Of a DNA stretch of 64,000 nucleotides, positions 1 through 13,054 are shown piece by piece. The DNA lies in contig NC_045138.2 of the NCBI RefSeq assembly GCF_008831285.2, forward strand, positions 43,462,001 through 43,526,000, given 5' to 3'. The notes beneath the pieces were generated by a model. That model was not told where the DNA came from, made no database searches, and worked only from the letters and a program-made list of their open reading frames with translations. Position 1 is the first letter of the stretch. Each line of letters opens with the position of its first letter. A program made the translations under genes and the position numbers. The DNA comes from Nymphaea colorata. Lineage: Eukaryota.

Positions 1-1000
1 ACATAAATGCTATTGGTTTTTGGAAATGTCAACTTCTCTGTATCCTTGAACAACCTCCACAACCACTCTTTGTTCCACAATTGGTATGTGTTAATCATTT
101 CCACTGATGAGGATATGAATGACTCTTCATCCTGTGACTTCAAGATGCAATGCCCTAGGAGTGACACTCTTTAATTTAAGTTCTTGGTTAAAAACATCAC
201 ATATAAACTTTATCTCATTTTGAAATATGTGCCACAAGCAAAAATGGTGAGACATGTTGGGCATATGTTTGTGCTATGACACTACAATAGTTTGTCTCCC
301 TCCGTTAATGCCACCTATAGGTGTCACCATTCATGACCTCACTAAATTATGCAAACAAACATACAAAACTATCTATCATTTGGTCCTACATGAAAATAAC
401 ACCAAACATGCAACTTTGTGCATGAGGGTTTACACCCACAAACTATGCAAAGGGTTATTGGTGAGTGTTGATTTTCACTACAATATCGAATACATTAACA
501 TCACTGAAACACTTATAATCTAGTCACAAATAGGTATTTATTCAAAACATATTTGTTATGCATTCATCCACATCCAATTAAAGTGTACTAGAGTCAGAGT
601 CCATACTCAGTTTCTTTTGGACATATCCTACAATAGTATGCATATCTCTACTCTTCTTTCCACACACTATCCTTTAGTTCTTTAGGTCGAAAGGTGTGAA
701 AGGTACATTTTCATGTCCATCATCCAACTTTCTAGTGTAGTTGTATGCCTACCTTAGAGTGATAGAACAACATATGATAACTCTTGCATTGTTTTATGAG
801 CATGTGTTACCCTTCGCTGTGAACTCAATATGAAAGCAATTGAAAAAGGAGCCAAGGGGTAGTCGGGATCAACAATGAAGGTCCTAACTAAAATTCTACC
901 ATTTGGAAACTTTTTAACTATAATCTTTGTAGACATCCACATTTTGAAGTCTGCCTATGAATTTTCTTGGCTTTCTTGTGCTTCAGCAATTATTTCTTTG
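1..1000 (-). pseudogene. Degenerate FAR1-like Mutator (MULE) transposase remnant, runs off the left edge
   Basis: Minus-strand translation of ~523-300 gives LDYKCFSDVNVFDIVVKINTHQ*PFA*FVGVNPHAQSCMFGVIFM*DQMIDSFVCLF, matching the MULE DY..FGDVV.FDTTY.TN...PF..FVGVNHH motif. ~275-215 gives MPNMSHHFCLWHIFQN (H..C.WHI..N). ORF 754-942 resembles the end of the FAR1 DNA-binding domain. Many stops; outer limit approximate. Confidence 0.8.
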
Positions 1001-1512
1001 AATATATATGTCTTTCTTAAAATAATCCCTTTCCAATTTTTTCTCTTGGTCATCCTTCTGAATGTTAAGCCCATGAGTGAGTACATAACAGTTGTAAAAT
1101 ATGAAAACATCTTCATTGTCACTGAACTTTATTCCTACACGTGCAATATCAAACTCATATCTGTTTGTTCATGCATGTGCATATCTAGTGGAACACTCTC
1201 CTCATGCTTGTGCTCATCCAAAGTATGTTCACATGCATTAGAGTCACCACTGTAATCATCTATGAAGATTGTTACATGCATCACTCACCTATATATTGTT
1301 TGTACATACACATTGACTAGAACTTTTTCCTTTGCCTCATGCACATTAATACCATCTTCGCATAAGAACACTCACCACTTGCCTTGCATGCATGCAAATA
1401 ATGAAACACTTTCATCTTCTCCATATGCATTCAACATATAGTTCCTATGCTGAAAATCATATTTAACCATAAATTGTGTCCACTACATACTTTTCGTCCA
1501 GCATGTCACTTG

Positions 1513-1961
1513 TAGGCCTGGGCATCGGGCTGCTCAGCCCCGACCCCCTCCTCCTCTGTCTCCGTCTCTGTCTCCCGACCCCCTTACCCCCGCCCTCCCA
1601 TCACCCTCCGATGGAGGAGGAGGGGGAGGGAGACGGAGGAGGGAGACGGAGAAGGAGGGGAGGGAGACGGAGGAGGGAGGGGGAGGGAGACGGAGACAGA
1701 GGAGGAGGGGGAGGGAGACGGAGGAGGAGGGGGAGCAGAGAGGGAGAGGGGGAGTGGGAGCAGAGAGGGAGAGGGGGAGTGGGAGCGGAGAGGGAGACGG
1801 GAAAGGAGAGGAAGAGCGGGAGTTCGGCCGGGCCGGGCCTCCGTCGAGCCGGCCTATCGGGCCCGGGCCAGGTTTTTCCCGGCCCGGACCCGCGTCCGAT
1901 CGGGCCGGCCCGGCCCGGACCAGCGTCCGATCGGGCCGGCCCGGCCCGATGCCCAGGCTTA
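1513..1961. mobile_element. hAT-type MITE (TAGGCCTGGGCA family), 449 bp
   Basis: TIRs TAGGCCTGGGCATCGGGC / GCCCGATGCCCAGGCTTA; perfect 8-bp TSD GTCACTTG (1505-1512, 1962-1969); GGCCCG subterminal repeats. Confidence 0.92.
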
Positions 1962-2214
1962 GTCACTTGTGCCATTATCATCATCATTAACATACATAAT
2001 TACAATTACAAGCCATAATTTAATTAGACATATATATCTTAACAATAATAACATCCATAGGAGGTACAATAACTTTTCCATAAAGCATTTCAAGTTGCAC
2101 ATATGGTAAAGACAAATAAAAGTTGATATCAAATGTTGTACATTGCTTCCAATGACATAGTATGAAAATGCTAGCAACAACATAAAATTCATATACATTA
2201 ATGCTTGCGGTCAC

Positions 2215-3505
2215 TAAGCCTGGGCATTGGGCTGGGCTGCCGACGGGTACCCCATAGCCAGCCAAACTTGGTTTTCTGGCCCAGGTTCTGTAAATGGTCC
2301 TAGCAGGCCTAGAGTATCGAGCCTGGCCAAGTAGCCTAACAGGCTGGGCCTGATCGCTACAGTCTGCCCATCGAGGGGCTGATAAGCTCTACCATTTTCT
2401 GCCCATCGAGGGGCTGATAAGCTCTACCATTTTTTTCAGATAAAGTTTTAAGTTTTCATCAATGTTTGAAATAGTGAAATAGGGTTTCAAAGTTTCAAAC
2501 AAAGCTCTGAGATTTTCGTTCTGTTGCCCACTTGATGGTTGCTTCTGTTGCCCAAGGCCACAGCCCAAACACAGCACTGTTGCCCCCCCACCGTTGCCGC
2601 CTCCCTGTCACGGTCGCATGCACGTCTCTCCAACAACAGGCGGACCACTTGGTCCCATACTTCTTCTTCTGCCTCAAACACCCCCCTTTACTGGTGTATC
2701 ATTCTATTAGAGTCTCATACAAATCTTCTTCATGTTTCTTCCTTTCGTGTGTGAAGGATTTGTTGTTCTTTATCACTGTTTCTGGTTTGTCTCTGATGCA
2801 AGCCCTTTTGTGCGTATGCATAGTTAGTCTTTCTGATCATTGTGGGCCAAGAAGCATTGTTTTCATAGATTGAGAAGAAGATTTCTTTGAGTTCGAATCA
2901 CCTATTTGTTATTCTTTAGTTTTGAGGAAAGAAAAAAAAATCATCACCTCAGTAACGCCATTCCCATACTTGTAAATATTCCCCTCTCATACAAATCTTT
3001 TTCATGTTTCTTCCTTTCGTGTGTGAAGGATTTGTTGTTCTTTATCACTGTTTCTGGTTTGTCTCTGATGCACGCCCTTTTGTGTGTATGCATAGTTAGT
3101 CTTTCTGATCATTGTGGGCCAAGAAGCTTTGTTTTCATAGAATGAGAAGAAGATTTCTTTTTGAGTTCGAATCACCTATTTGTTATTCTTTAGTTTTGAG
3201 GAAAGAAAAAAAAAATCATCAACTCAGTAACGTCATTCCCATACTTGTAAATATTCCTCTCTCTATCTCTTTCTCACGCCTTTAATCAGTACTTCCATTA
3301 AGAGATCGATTGCTTTTGCTACATGGCTCGGCCTGACAAGAACAGGCACGACCCAACAAGAACTGGTCTAGCCCAATTACTCGGCAAACAATCCGGCCCG
3401 ATTTCTCGGCAGACAATCTAGCCAGAGGCCCGACATTCCATCGGCTCAGTCTGGTCCGATTAGTAACGAGCTAGGCTGGCTGGCCCGGCCCGTTTCTCAG
3501 CCCTA
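2215..3505. mobile_element. Non-autonomous hAT-type element (same TIR family), 1291 bp
   Basis: Ends TAAGCCTGGGCA ... TTTCTCAGCCCTA; 8-bp TSD GCGGTCAC/GCGGTTAC (7/8); GGCCCG subterminal repeats; left end matches the reverse complement of the right end of the 31589-32695 element. Confidence 0.85.
2713..3260. repeat. Tandem duplication, 2 x ~272 bp, inside the hAT element
   Basis: TCTCATACAAATCTT... starts at both 2713 and 2985; copies nearly identical. Confidence 0.95.
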
Positions 3506-4341
3506 GCGGTTACTGTTACTTAGTAAATGTAATGATGACAAAATTATGACGAATAAACCTTCAATAAAATTCACAATTCTATTAGTGTTGCGGATATAAT
3601 TTAAACTAGAATGACAACTTTCAACGTTTTACACATAGAGGATGATGACAAAAGGCATATAATAATGAGTGTTTTACACATGTTGCTCAAGTTTAATATG
3701 ATATAGAAGATCATAAACACATGACATGTTAGTTGCAACAACCTGTCAACAAAATCTCTCACTTTGCACCCTTCAAATGCCTTCCCTGCAACATATAATA
3801 AACGATGTAAGCGTTCTTTATTGCCTAGAATGAATTAATTTCTATCAATATCTTTTATGTACCTTCCATTATTATTTATTAGAAATGTGGTAATCGATCA
3901 TGAGGTGCTTTAATGAAATGGAAGTTATATTGAATCCCTCTTGACCAAGTGGAGAGACTGAAGTGGTTGATTTTAGAAACAAAAATTTACTAAAATAAAA
4001 TTGGAGAGCAACAAGCAACCAGGGCACGTTTGGAACCCCTCTTATAAAAAAAAGAAGTGAAATGGCGTTTCTAAAATGATTTTTTTTATTTGCTGTATCA
4101 TTGCGTCAACTTAAGGGGAGAATGCGTACTCTTTTAAACCATATATCACTTGTCGCCTCATCGATCCTTTTAAAGGACACTTAACTCACGCTACCTTGTC
4201 ATTCGCTGGCGGGATTCAGTTCAATCCAACGCGGACTTCTGACATGGACTTGAGTCTAAAGAACTCTTGGATGGACGGACCTTCGGCTTGAATCCCTTGC
4301 TTGTCCTCCTCTTTTCTCGTTCAGGCGCTGTTCGGCCACCT

Positions 4342-4344
<3 letters not shown>

Positions 4345-4380
<36 letters not shown>
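4345..4380 (+). repeat. (AG)18 microsatellite in the MLO 5' leader, ending 4 nt before the ATG
   Basis: Read directly from the sequence; ATG at 4385. Confidence 0.95.
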
Positions 4381-4384
<4 letters not shown>

Positions 4385-4385
<1 letters not shown>

Positions 4386-4510
4386 TGGCATCGACTGGGG
4401 CAGATGAAGGATCGTTGGAGTACACTCCCACGTGGATCGTAGCAGTAGTTTGCTCAGTCATCGTTTTCATCTCCCTCACCTTAGAGCGCATTCTCCACTA
4501 CCTTGGGAAG
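4385..4510 (+). CDS. MLO1: MLO exon 1 (coding part)
   Basis: [42 protein letters not shown], followed by a GT donor. Confidence 0.93.
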
Positions 4511-7258
4511 GTATCTAGGGGTCGTTCTTTTCGATGAACGCTCCTCTTCTCATTTTACTCCACCAATTTCTGCGGTTGGAAAAAATGGAAAAGGTTCTTT
4601 AAGCGGCATTAATGCTAGGACAAGATGATGTGATTGCAGGGCATCGCAATATACCAATACAAACTTGTGTCTGGATTGCCTTTCACCTTTTATTCTCTTC
4701 GGTCTGATCTTTTCTTTTACGCAGCATTTGAAGAAAACGAATCAGAAGGCTCTCTTTGAAGCACTACTAAAAGTCAAAGAAGGTCCCTCCCTCTCTCCTC
4801 TTTTTGGTTATCCTTGTCCAAGTTCTTTTTTTTTTTTTTTTTAATAAACGATTTCACATTTTCTTGTTAGTTCGTTGTATAACTGTGGCATATTTGACGA
4901 ATCTGATGTGCTCGTAAGCATGCCTTTTCTCACTCGCAGTTACGATCTGTGATTAAGTTGTCTAATAGACGATTTCACGTTTTCTTGTTAGTTCGTTGTA
5001 TAACTGTGGCATATTTGACGAATCTGATGTGCTCGTAAGCATGTCTCTTCTCACTTGCAGTTACGATCTGTGATTCAGTTGTCTACGAGGAGACAATGCT
5101 TTCGTTTCATGACCCAATTTTTCGCTACTATGTTCCAACTAAATGCCTTGTAGCAGTTAACATCTTACTGATTGTTCTCTTTAAAATTTTCTTTGCGTCA
5201 TTAACATTGTCTCGCATAGTTTGGTACTTTCGTTTGAGTAGCAAGCTACTGCATGTTAGCGGGTTTTACTGATCTTCGTTCAGCTCAAGATTCGATTCTC
5301 AGTTCTGTCACAGTGTTTTATTTTCAGAGTTGATGCTTTTGGGGTTCATTTCTCTGTTGCTGACTGTTTTTCAAGGGCCAATCAGTCACATCTGCATCCC
5401 GAGAAACATTGTTACTCACATGCTTCCCTGTGAGAAGGAATCTGCCTCTACAGAAACGAGCCACTTTCAAGTTTTCAGTTTCTCTAATTTACTTGGCAGC
5501 AAAAGAAGACTTCTTGCAACATCAGGCAGCTCTGAGCATTGCACATTGAAGGTAGGTCATTCTGATGAAGCGTTATTCATTCCATTATAACAAACAATTT
5601 TGTTCTCTAATCTGCTGGTGCCATCATGAATCTACTAATTGGTTTGAAGTTTCATGAATGTTTGCTTAGGCGCTAGGCACTTATTCTGCAGATTAGGGCT
5701 GCCATTGTACTGCAAGGGTTTGTGTTTGTTTCCACCCTACTATTGTATTGATATGTGGTTTGTTGTTAAGTTGTTTCTTTGCAGAATTTATGCTTTGTAA
5801 TTATATTTTTGATTGGCAGGTTGAAGTTAGGCAGATTCCCACTAGATAACAAAGTTTGTGGTTTAGATATGGTCAATATAGATAGGTCGGAATTACTCAA
5901 GTGGTTGATCCTTTCAAGTTGTTGACCAGTTAGACAGGAGCAGTTTTTGCAAATGGCAAACAGCAAAGTTGCTCGCTTCTCAGCTTGAGGGCATTAAAAT
6001 TTAAAGAAAGAGAACATGATCCCTTTAAGTTCATTCTCTAAGTCACTTTTGTGTCCATGATCTTCTAGAGTTTAGTAATCATAGCTGCCATGTCTTGCCT
6101 GGAAGATTCCATAATAACATGTTGGAGATGTTGGTATCTCCTTCAAGAAGTCTTTTTTGTCCAATCCGTTTTCTACATTCTATCTTTTTTATTGATGAAA
6201 TCCTTCCGCATCAAAGAATTTTTCACTTGACAATAGTTCCATATCTTTGTATGTAGTGAATGGTGTTAATATATGCTTGGCCCTATTATTTTCTTGTGTC
6301 CTGGACCTCCTGGTTTGCAACTGTTTGGTGCTGAATGAAGCAGGCTATTAGACAACATAACATTTTCTAGACCAGGTTTTTTGGACTAATTTGAAAGTGA
6401 CTCTTTATAAATGGTTTTGCTGTTTTATTCAACCTTTAGAGTCTTAGACCTGGATCCAGCATGTGAGAACACATTTTTTGAAGTGTATAGTCCGCAAGTT
6501 AGTCTTAAGATGGAAACCAACTTAATATGATTATATGATAGTTGAAACTAAGAAACAATTGTTTGTTGTTTGATGAGTTGAAAATGAGTAGGAACTAGGA
6601 AGCAATATGGATAATTATTTAGGAAGTGCAACGTTGGGCTATGTAAAAAATTTACAAATTGATACCAGTACGTACAACTTGGAGAAATGGAGTAATCAAG
6701 ACCATGTAATAAATATCCAAAGCCAACAAACTATAAAGTAGAAACACAGATTGAGATTGCCATGATTGTAGGGAATTTGCTTGCGTTTGTGGTTTGGATT
6801 GTATTTTTACTGTACTAATGCATAGGAATTGGGGTTCCTACCATCTCTAAGTGATTCTAGTCGTTTATAACATCTGCTATGTAGGAGTGACTTCAGAATA
6901 GTTTTATACATATTAGATGTGTAGTGAATACTACCCTATACAGGAATATTCTGATCTAACAGACAGTTGCAGGGTGCATGTGTATATGTATATCATAGCC
7001 AAAAATATCGTTCTCAGTTTTTTATTAGCGAGGTTTTTCTCGGGTATTTTTCGGCAAAGTTTTTCTTCTTGGGAAAATCTCAAAAAACTCTCGAAGTTTT
7101 TTTTTTAAAAAAAAAAGTCAAAATGTTAGGTAAAAATACAAGAAATGAAAAACTAATAAGAAGACATAAAAAACATTTAATTAAATGATAAGTAATAAGT
7201 ATTGTATTGCATCTAGGAGACTAGGAGGTCACATTATGTCACACCCCAACTTTTTACT

Positions 7259-7299
<41 letters not shown>

Positions 7300-10200
7300 T
7301 TTAACACTATACATCAAAGTGTAACAACACAACAATCGAAATAAAGCTACATATTTCAAAATCAGAATAGGTAACCAACTCATTTATATAGTAAAGACAG
7401 TTCGTACAAAATTCACTTTACATGGTTATTAATGACCCTCATGACAAAAATATTCCCAAAATAAAACATTGATGTCTAAACAAAAAAAAACATCAAAACA
7501 TGACGCACCAAACGACTATGCATAAAAACTCCATAGTAAGATGTGAGCTGAGCCCTTCTGATCAACCTACTGCCCCAGATTTACCAAAACCTGGAAAAAG
7601 GGAGACAACAGAAGACCAAACCTTCACAATATGATGATAAATTAGATACATCCCTAACCCTATATGGTAAGGGCTTAAATATGAAACCGAACATTCAAAG
7701 GAAACATGACACTTTCATATAATGAGCTATACATGCATTCTCTTAAACTATCACTTTAGTCCATTTCATACAATATGTAGGAATCTAACCAATCGTCACA
7801 AACAATACACTTTGTTAGTCATACTTGATTCATTCACATTCAATTCATTTAATTTATAGCTCTTGTGGGTGTAAAGCTCATGCACATGCACACTCCAAGA
7901 GACCTCAACTTGGTGGTGGCTAGAAACACTAGGGATCCATACACGCTACAGTGATAGAGAAATCCGCCAAGGAAGAGTGCATTCCAAGGAGAGTTACTCG
8001 ACCTTCCTTTGGACACTTAGGTTGGAAAGGCAAGAGATCAACACTTCAAACACAACACGCAACGATATCCTGAAGCTTGCTATATCTGTGCTCTGAGTAG
8101 ACAAGACTAGTGGTGAGGGTGGGATGTATCCAAACGTAATGTCGTAACCCACTGACTTCAATTCCACTAATTTTCTTAATTATCAATATGAACATATTCA
8201 CTTTGTGATTGGCTAGAACATAAGGTTGGTTCACTTGTGAGTGTATCCAAACCCCAATCTGCCTTCATGAGAAGGTCAGACATTCAGTCAGTATTCTTGG
8301 TTTGCCAAACCACACTCTAAGGGTATCTATACCCGTTTAGTCCATTCAGACACAATATTTTACAATTGCAATGCAAACAAAATCCTGTTACAATCAATCA
8401 ATACTAAAACATAGCCAAACCCTAGAGAGTAGTCTCGATCTGAGGTTAGTTCATAGTTGTTCTAAGCAAATATCATGCTAGTATGCTTACTAATGCACAA
8501 TTGGGGTCGAGGAAGTACTCAACTCGATACCCGCTTAAGCTATCCTAAGTAGTTAGAGTTCTAGCATGCATATGCCTTTGCATAATAATTAAAAACAGTC
8601 AATAAGTCTCACACATTTTATTTATATGTCAAGAAATACGCCATTTCACACATCTTTAAGGACACCTTTATGGGATTCAATGATCCTAATAGCCCACACT
8701 TGGGAATGCAAAAGACAGTCTATATTTGGCACTAGGTAGGGATTTACCTGAAATGTTGTCATTCCTAACATGCTCCTCTTTTAACACCAAAAATCACCTC
8801 GAGCACTGGATCATGTCGCTTAGGGTCTGCTTGATGCTCCTGGTCCACTGAAAAAACTCAAAACAATAAGTTTTCCACACATTATGCCCTTAAAACCTAT
8901 TTAAATAGTAAATAAGGCTCTTGAGTCTAAGGTTATCGATTCTACAAAGTGCCGAAAGGTTGACTTGGCATGTAGGACGTTTCTTCAAAATTTTCCATAC
9001 TTACGAGGTCTTGACAGACTGATCTAACCCCAAGTCTTCCATTCACCCAACAGTTGTAACTTCTCAACTCACCTACCTAGTCGTGACTAAAATGTAAAAT
9101 TACGAACATCGTTCCGATTCGTCGATTCAAACCATGTTATCAGCAATTATAAGTTGCCAGGTGAAATATATACACATGTATTCATATATGTTCTTTACTT
9201 CATGGGTCCCCTTAGCCTAGCTGACGCATGTTCACGAGAGTCTTCACCCAACTTAAAATCAAACATGATTTACGACAATTTCATCGATCTCAACTGCACC
9301 CTCACGTTATAAACCACAGTTTGCACCATTTATTTGCTAGTCCCAAGTGACTACGAAAGTGCTCAATTTGGGTTCACTAGGTGTGAATCTGTCCAATACA
9401 ATGCTACACACCAAATCAATTAGTTGGACCTCCCATCGAGATGGCTAACCCCTTGTTGAAGCATCACTATTGTCATTATGTTTCTCCATTAATCATCCGA
9501 TGTCAACACAACCTTAATGCACTAGCAAGAGCATAAAATCAATTAAATCAATAATGAACGAGCATTTCTCTCGCACCCTAGTGCAAGCCTGAACCCTAAT
9601 AACTTGTATGTTCGTCTCTCAAACCATAAATTTAACATGTAAGTCTACATAAGTTCTTTCTCTCCACAAGCTACACTCTATTCATATACAAGATAACATG
9701 CATTAAGTGCCCACTAAACAGTTAACAATCTCAACATGCTCACTAAATGCTTGAAATATAAATCCGTCATGCTAAAAAGATAATTATCAACACTTTTATG
9801 ACAAACATCTGTAAAAGTTAGGCTCATTTGATTGTGCTCACCCTCTTACAGTGCTCAAGCTGATCTAGTCTTCTGCGGCAGCCCCCCAAGTACTCCTTCT
9901 GTCAACAAATGCCAAAAACGGCCTGCTGCCGACGTCCCCAACAAATTGCGTTCCAACACCCAAACCAACAGTCTCGAGAAAAGGAAAAAATCAGTTTCTC
10001 CCAACAGGTTTGGCGTCAACCTGAAATGGGGATTGTGAGCGAGAGAAGAAAAGAAAGAAAGAATGCATCTCAAACTATATCAGAAATGAGCGAGGAACGT
10101 GAGGGTGAGAGGCCGAGAGAGACCAAGACTGAGACAACGGGAGGAAATGTCAGAGAGTGAGAGACAACAGAGGGGGAAAACAGGAAGGAGCTTGGGAGAA

Positions 10201-10382
10201 ACAAAAGAGAGCGATAGCGAGGGTGAGTGGAGGAATGCTCAGAGAGAGCATGGGAGAGTGTCCGGTTGAGAGGGGGAGAACATGGGAGAGATCTATGTCA
10301 CATAGGTAGGGGTACGGGTACCGTTTCAGACTATTTTCAAAAAACGTGGGTACGGGGGTACGACTATATATATCTGTGATTC

Positions 10383-10415
<33 letters not shown>

Positions 10416-13018
10416 TTATAAAATAAAAATTCAAAAAGAATAACACATTCATGATTCAAAACTTATATTTTCTAAGGAAGAAGCTATTGAACAAAATATG
10501 AAAACGTAGCTCTGTATGTGTTTCCTGAGTGTAAACGGTGTAAAAACAAAACTGAAATCCTAAATTTTGGATAGAAAAAACTCGGTCCTAAATCAGACAG
10601 TTACGGTCCTGGGTACATTGACCGTATCTGGTACTGTTTGACCAGTACCCAAGAAGTACCCAGGAAAGTACCTGTATCAGTACCGGTGTCATACCTGACC
10701 AGTACCGCCGGTACACTGCCTTTGCAGCAGTAACCATGTGTCAAAGGGAGAGATGGTGAGACAGTCAGGCGTGACGAGAGAGTGACTAGAGAAGGAGAGC
10801 GTCGGGCCGGGAAAGAGAGAGTATATGGAAGAGAGGGGAAGATTGAGAATGAGAGGGAGTGCAGGAGCGAGGGAGAAAACCAGACGAGAGAGTGGGAGTT
10901 TGGGCGAGAGAGAAAGAGAACATGGGCAAGCAGAAGAGGTTGAGCAGGAGAGAGTGAAAACGAGGGAGAGCTAGAGGGAGAAATAGGAGAGAGCAGGGAG
11001 AGACTGTGAGCAATGCTGTAAAAAGCGTGTCGTAAGCCGTATTGGTCTAGCTTTGAGATACACTGTATCATAAAATATTCTAACGTATCATAACCATATC
11101 TTTTTTTTAAAAAATTTAATAAGAAATAGAAAAAATTTCAAAAAAATTAGTAAAAATCAAGAATAATATTTTTTTCATAAAAAACATGTTTTATAGAATG
11201 ATAGACTTATTATTGCTATAAAATTACGATTCATCATTCATAAACATCATAATTCGTAACAATATCATTCTAGAAAGCACAACAAGGAACATAACATAAC
11301 CTGTGATACACGGGTACGCCTGTGAAGGTGAAGTACCTGCCCGGTACCGGTACGACACTGGTATAGGTACAGGCTTGGGTATGCCTATAGTGCGGCGTTG
11401 ACCGTATCGGGTACGGTCAATGCACCGGAGGCCGTGTCCGTCCTTTTTTGGACACGGTCAAATTTGACCAAATTCAAAAATGTCCGTTTTTAATTTTAAC
11501 GAAACCATTTTAACGTTAAAAAAAAAGCAAGTTCGAAACCCTTAAAACTTAAAACGAAAGTTAAGGGTTTCGGTTTCTCTCTTACCTCTCACCGACCGAC
11601 GTCCGGCAACGAAGGCAGTGGCAGTGAAGGCAGGGGCGGCGAACGCAGGGGCGGAATGGCGACGGCAGCGGCGACCGGCGATGGCAGACGGTAGGAGGCG
11701 ACTGTCACAGTATTTTTTTCGTTTTTTTCATTTTTCTTTTCATTTTCATCAGCTCCACCCATGCCTTCGCCGCCGGCGACAACCGACGACGATGACGACG
11801 GCCTGTTCTATTTGCTAGTGTTGTCGATCGATGGTTCTCTCTGTCCCATTTCTTCTTTTTCCTTTTCTTTGTATTCGTAAAATTGTTGCTTGCTGTACCG
11901 ATGGTTCTCTTTGCTTTTTTCCATGCCCAAGTAGATGAAGGCAGCCTAGATTTCTTTTAATCATGTTATATTTCAATACTATATGAGAGAATCTGAATAT
12001 TTAGATTTGACCTCATTTACTGTCCTATAATCCTATTGCTTTCCATGTTATAGCTGATAAGCTCTAATCTGCAGTGGAAGAATGAGATTGTGCTTCAGCT
12101 GCTCTGCTTGGTAATACAATAGTCAAGTTGATTATAGTGTCTATACCAGGGGCCGTTTTGTGTTCCAACCTCCAAGACATCTTGCAAGCTAAACATATGG
12201 CTTGATAAATGTGTTCGGCAATGAGACATGTTTGAGTCTCCTATTGCAGCGTCTTCCCTAATTATTGCTGTGATATATCATTTCATGAGAGGATTCGTCT
12301 ATTTGGAATGATCCCTGTTTCTATTGGTTTATGATTTATGGATATGATAATATGTTATTCTGTTTGTAATTTTTGATATATATATGTGCGAATATGTTAT
12401 TGTGTTTGAAATTTTTTGACATATATGTGTGTACGGCCGTACCCCCGTACCCAAGTTTTTTAAAAATGGTCTGTACCCGTACCCGTACCCGTACCCATGT
12501 GACATAGAACATAACATAATTTATATCACAATTTCATAACCATAGATTCATAAGTCATAAGGTCCATAAGTCTATGAGATAACACATCAAAAAACAAGTT
12601 TTAAATGTTATGAATTACATCACAAGATGATCATGAAATCGTGAAAATGTTCAATGTCAATACATATAAAATGGAAGCACTCTCGACTCTCATTCATAAT
12701 CTTCATTATCTTCATTCTCATCTTTATTTCCATCTTCTTCTTCATCTTCATCTTCATGACTTTGATGATCGTCACCAACATATCCAGCAGGCTCTCTTTC
12801 ATCAGCAATTTCTATTGCTTTAGCTTCAAGGTTGAAGCATTGAAGATCATCATCATCAAATATTGTAGTTGTTTCTTCCTCAAAGTTGGTTCTTCCTCAA
12901 TCCATGGTTCTAGATCATCAAAGTTTTGTAAGCTGATAGGATCAAACTGAGATGTGTGCTTTCTTGTTGATGTTTTTTATAATTGTCTATGTTAAATAAG
13001 AGAAAACTTGTTAATAGA

Positions 13019-13054
<36 letters not shown>

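Noticed and set aside
1476..2018. GC-rich ORFs of 180, 130 and 78 aa
   Set aside because: Low-complexity translations of the MITE at 1513-1961; no protein motif.
4511..4724. Possible U12 intron (donor GTATCT)
   Set aside because: The donor is not GTATCCTT and there is no TCCTTAAC branch site.
12620..12950. Hydrophobic or His-rich small ORFs
   Set aside because: Antisense or alternative frames of the acidic GAA/GAT-rich tail of the hAT transposase.
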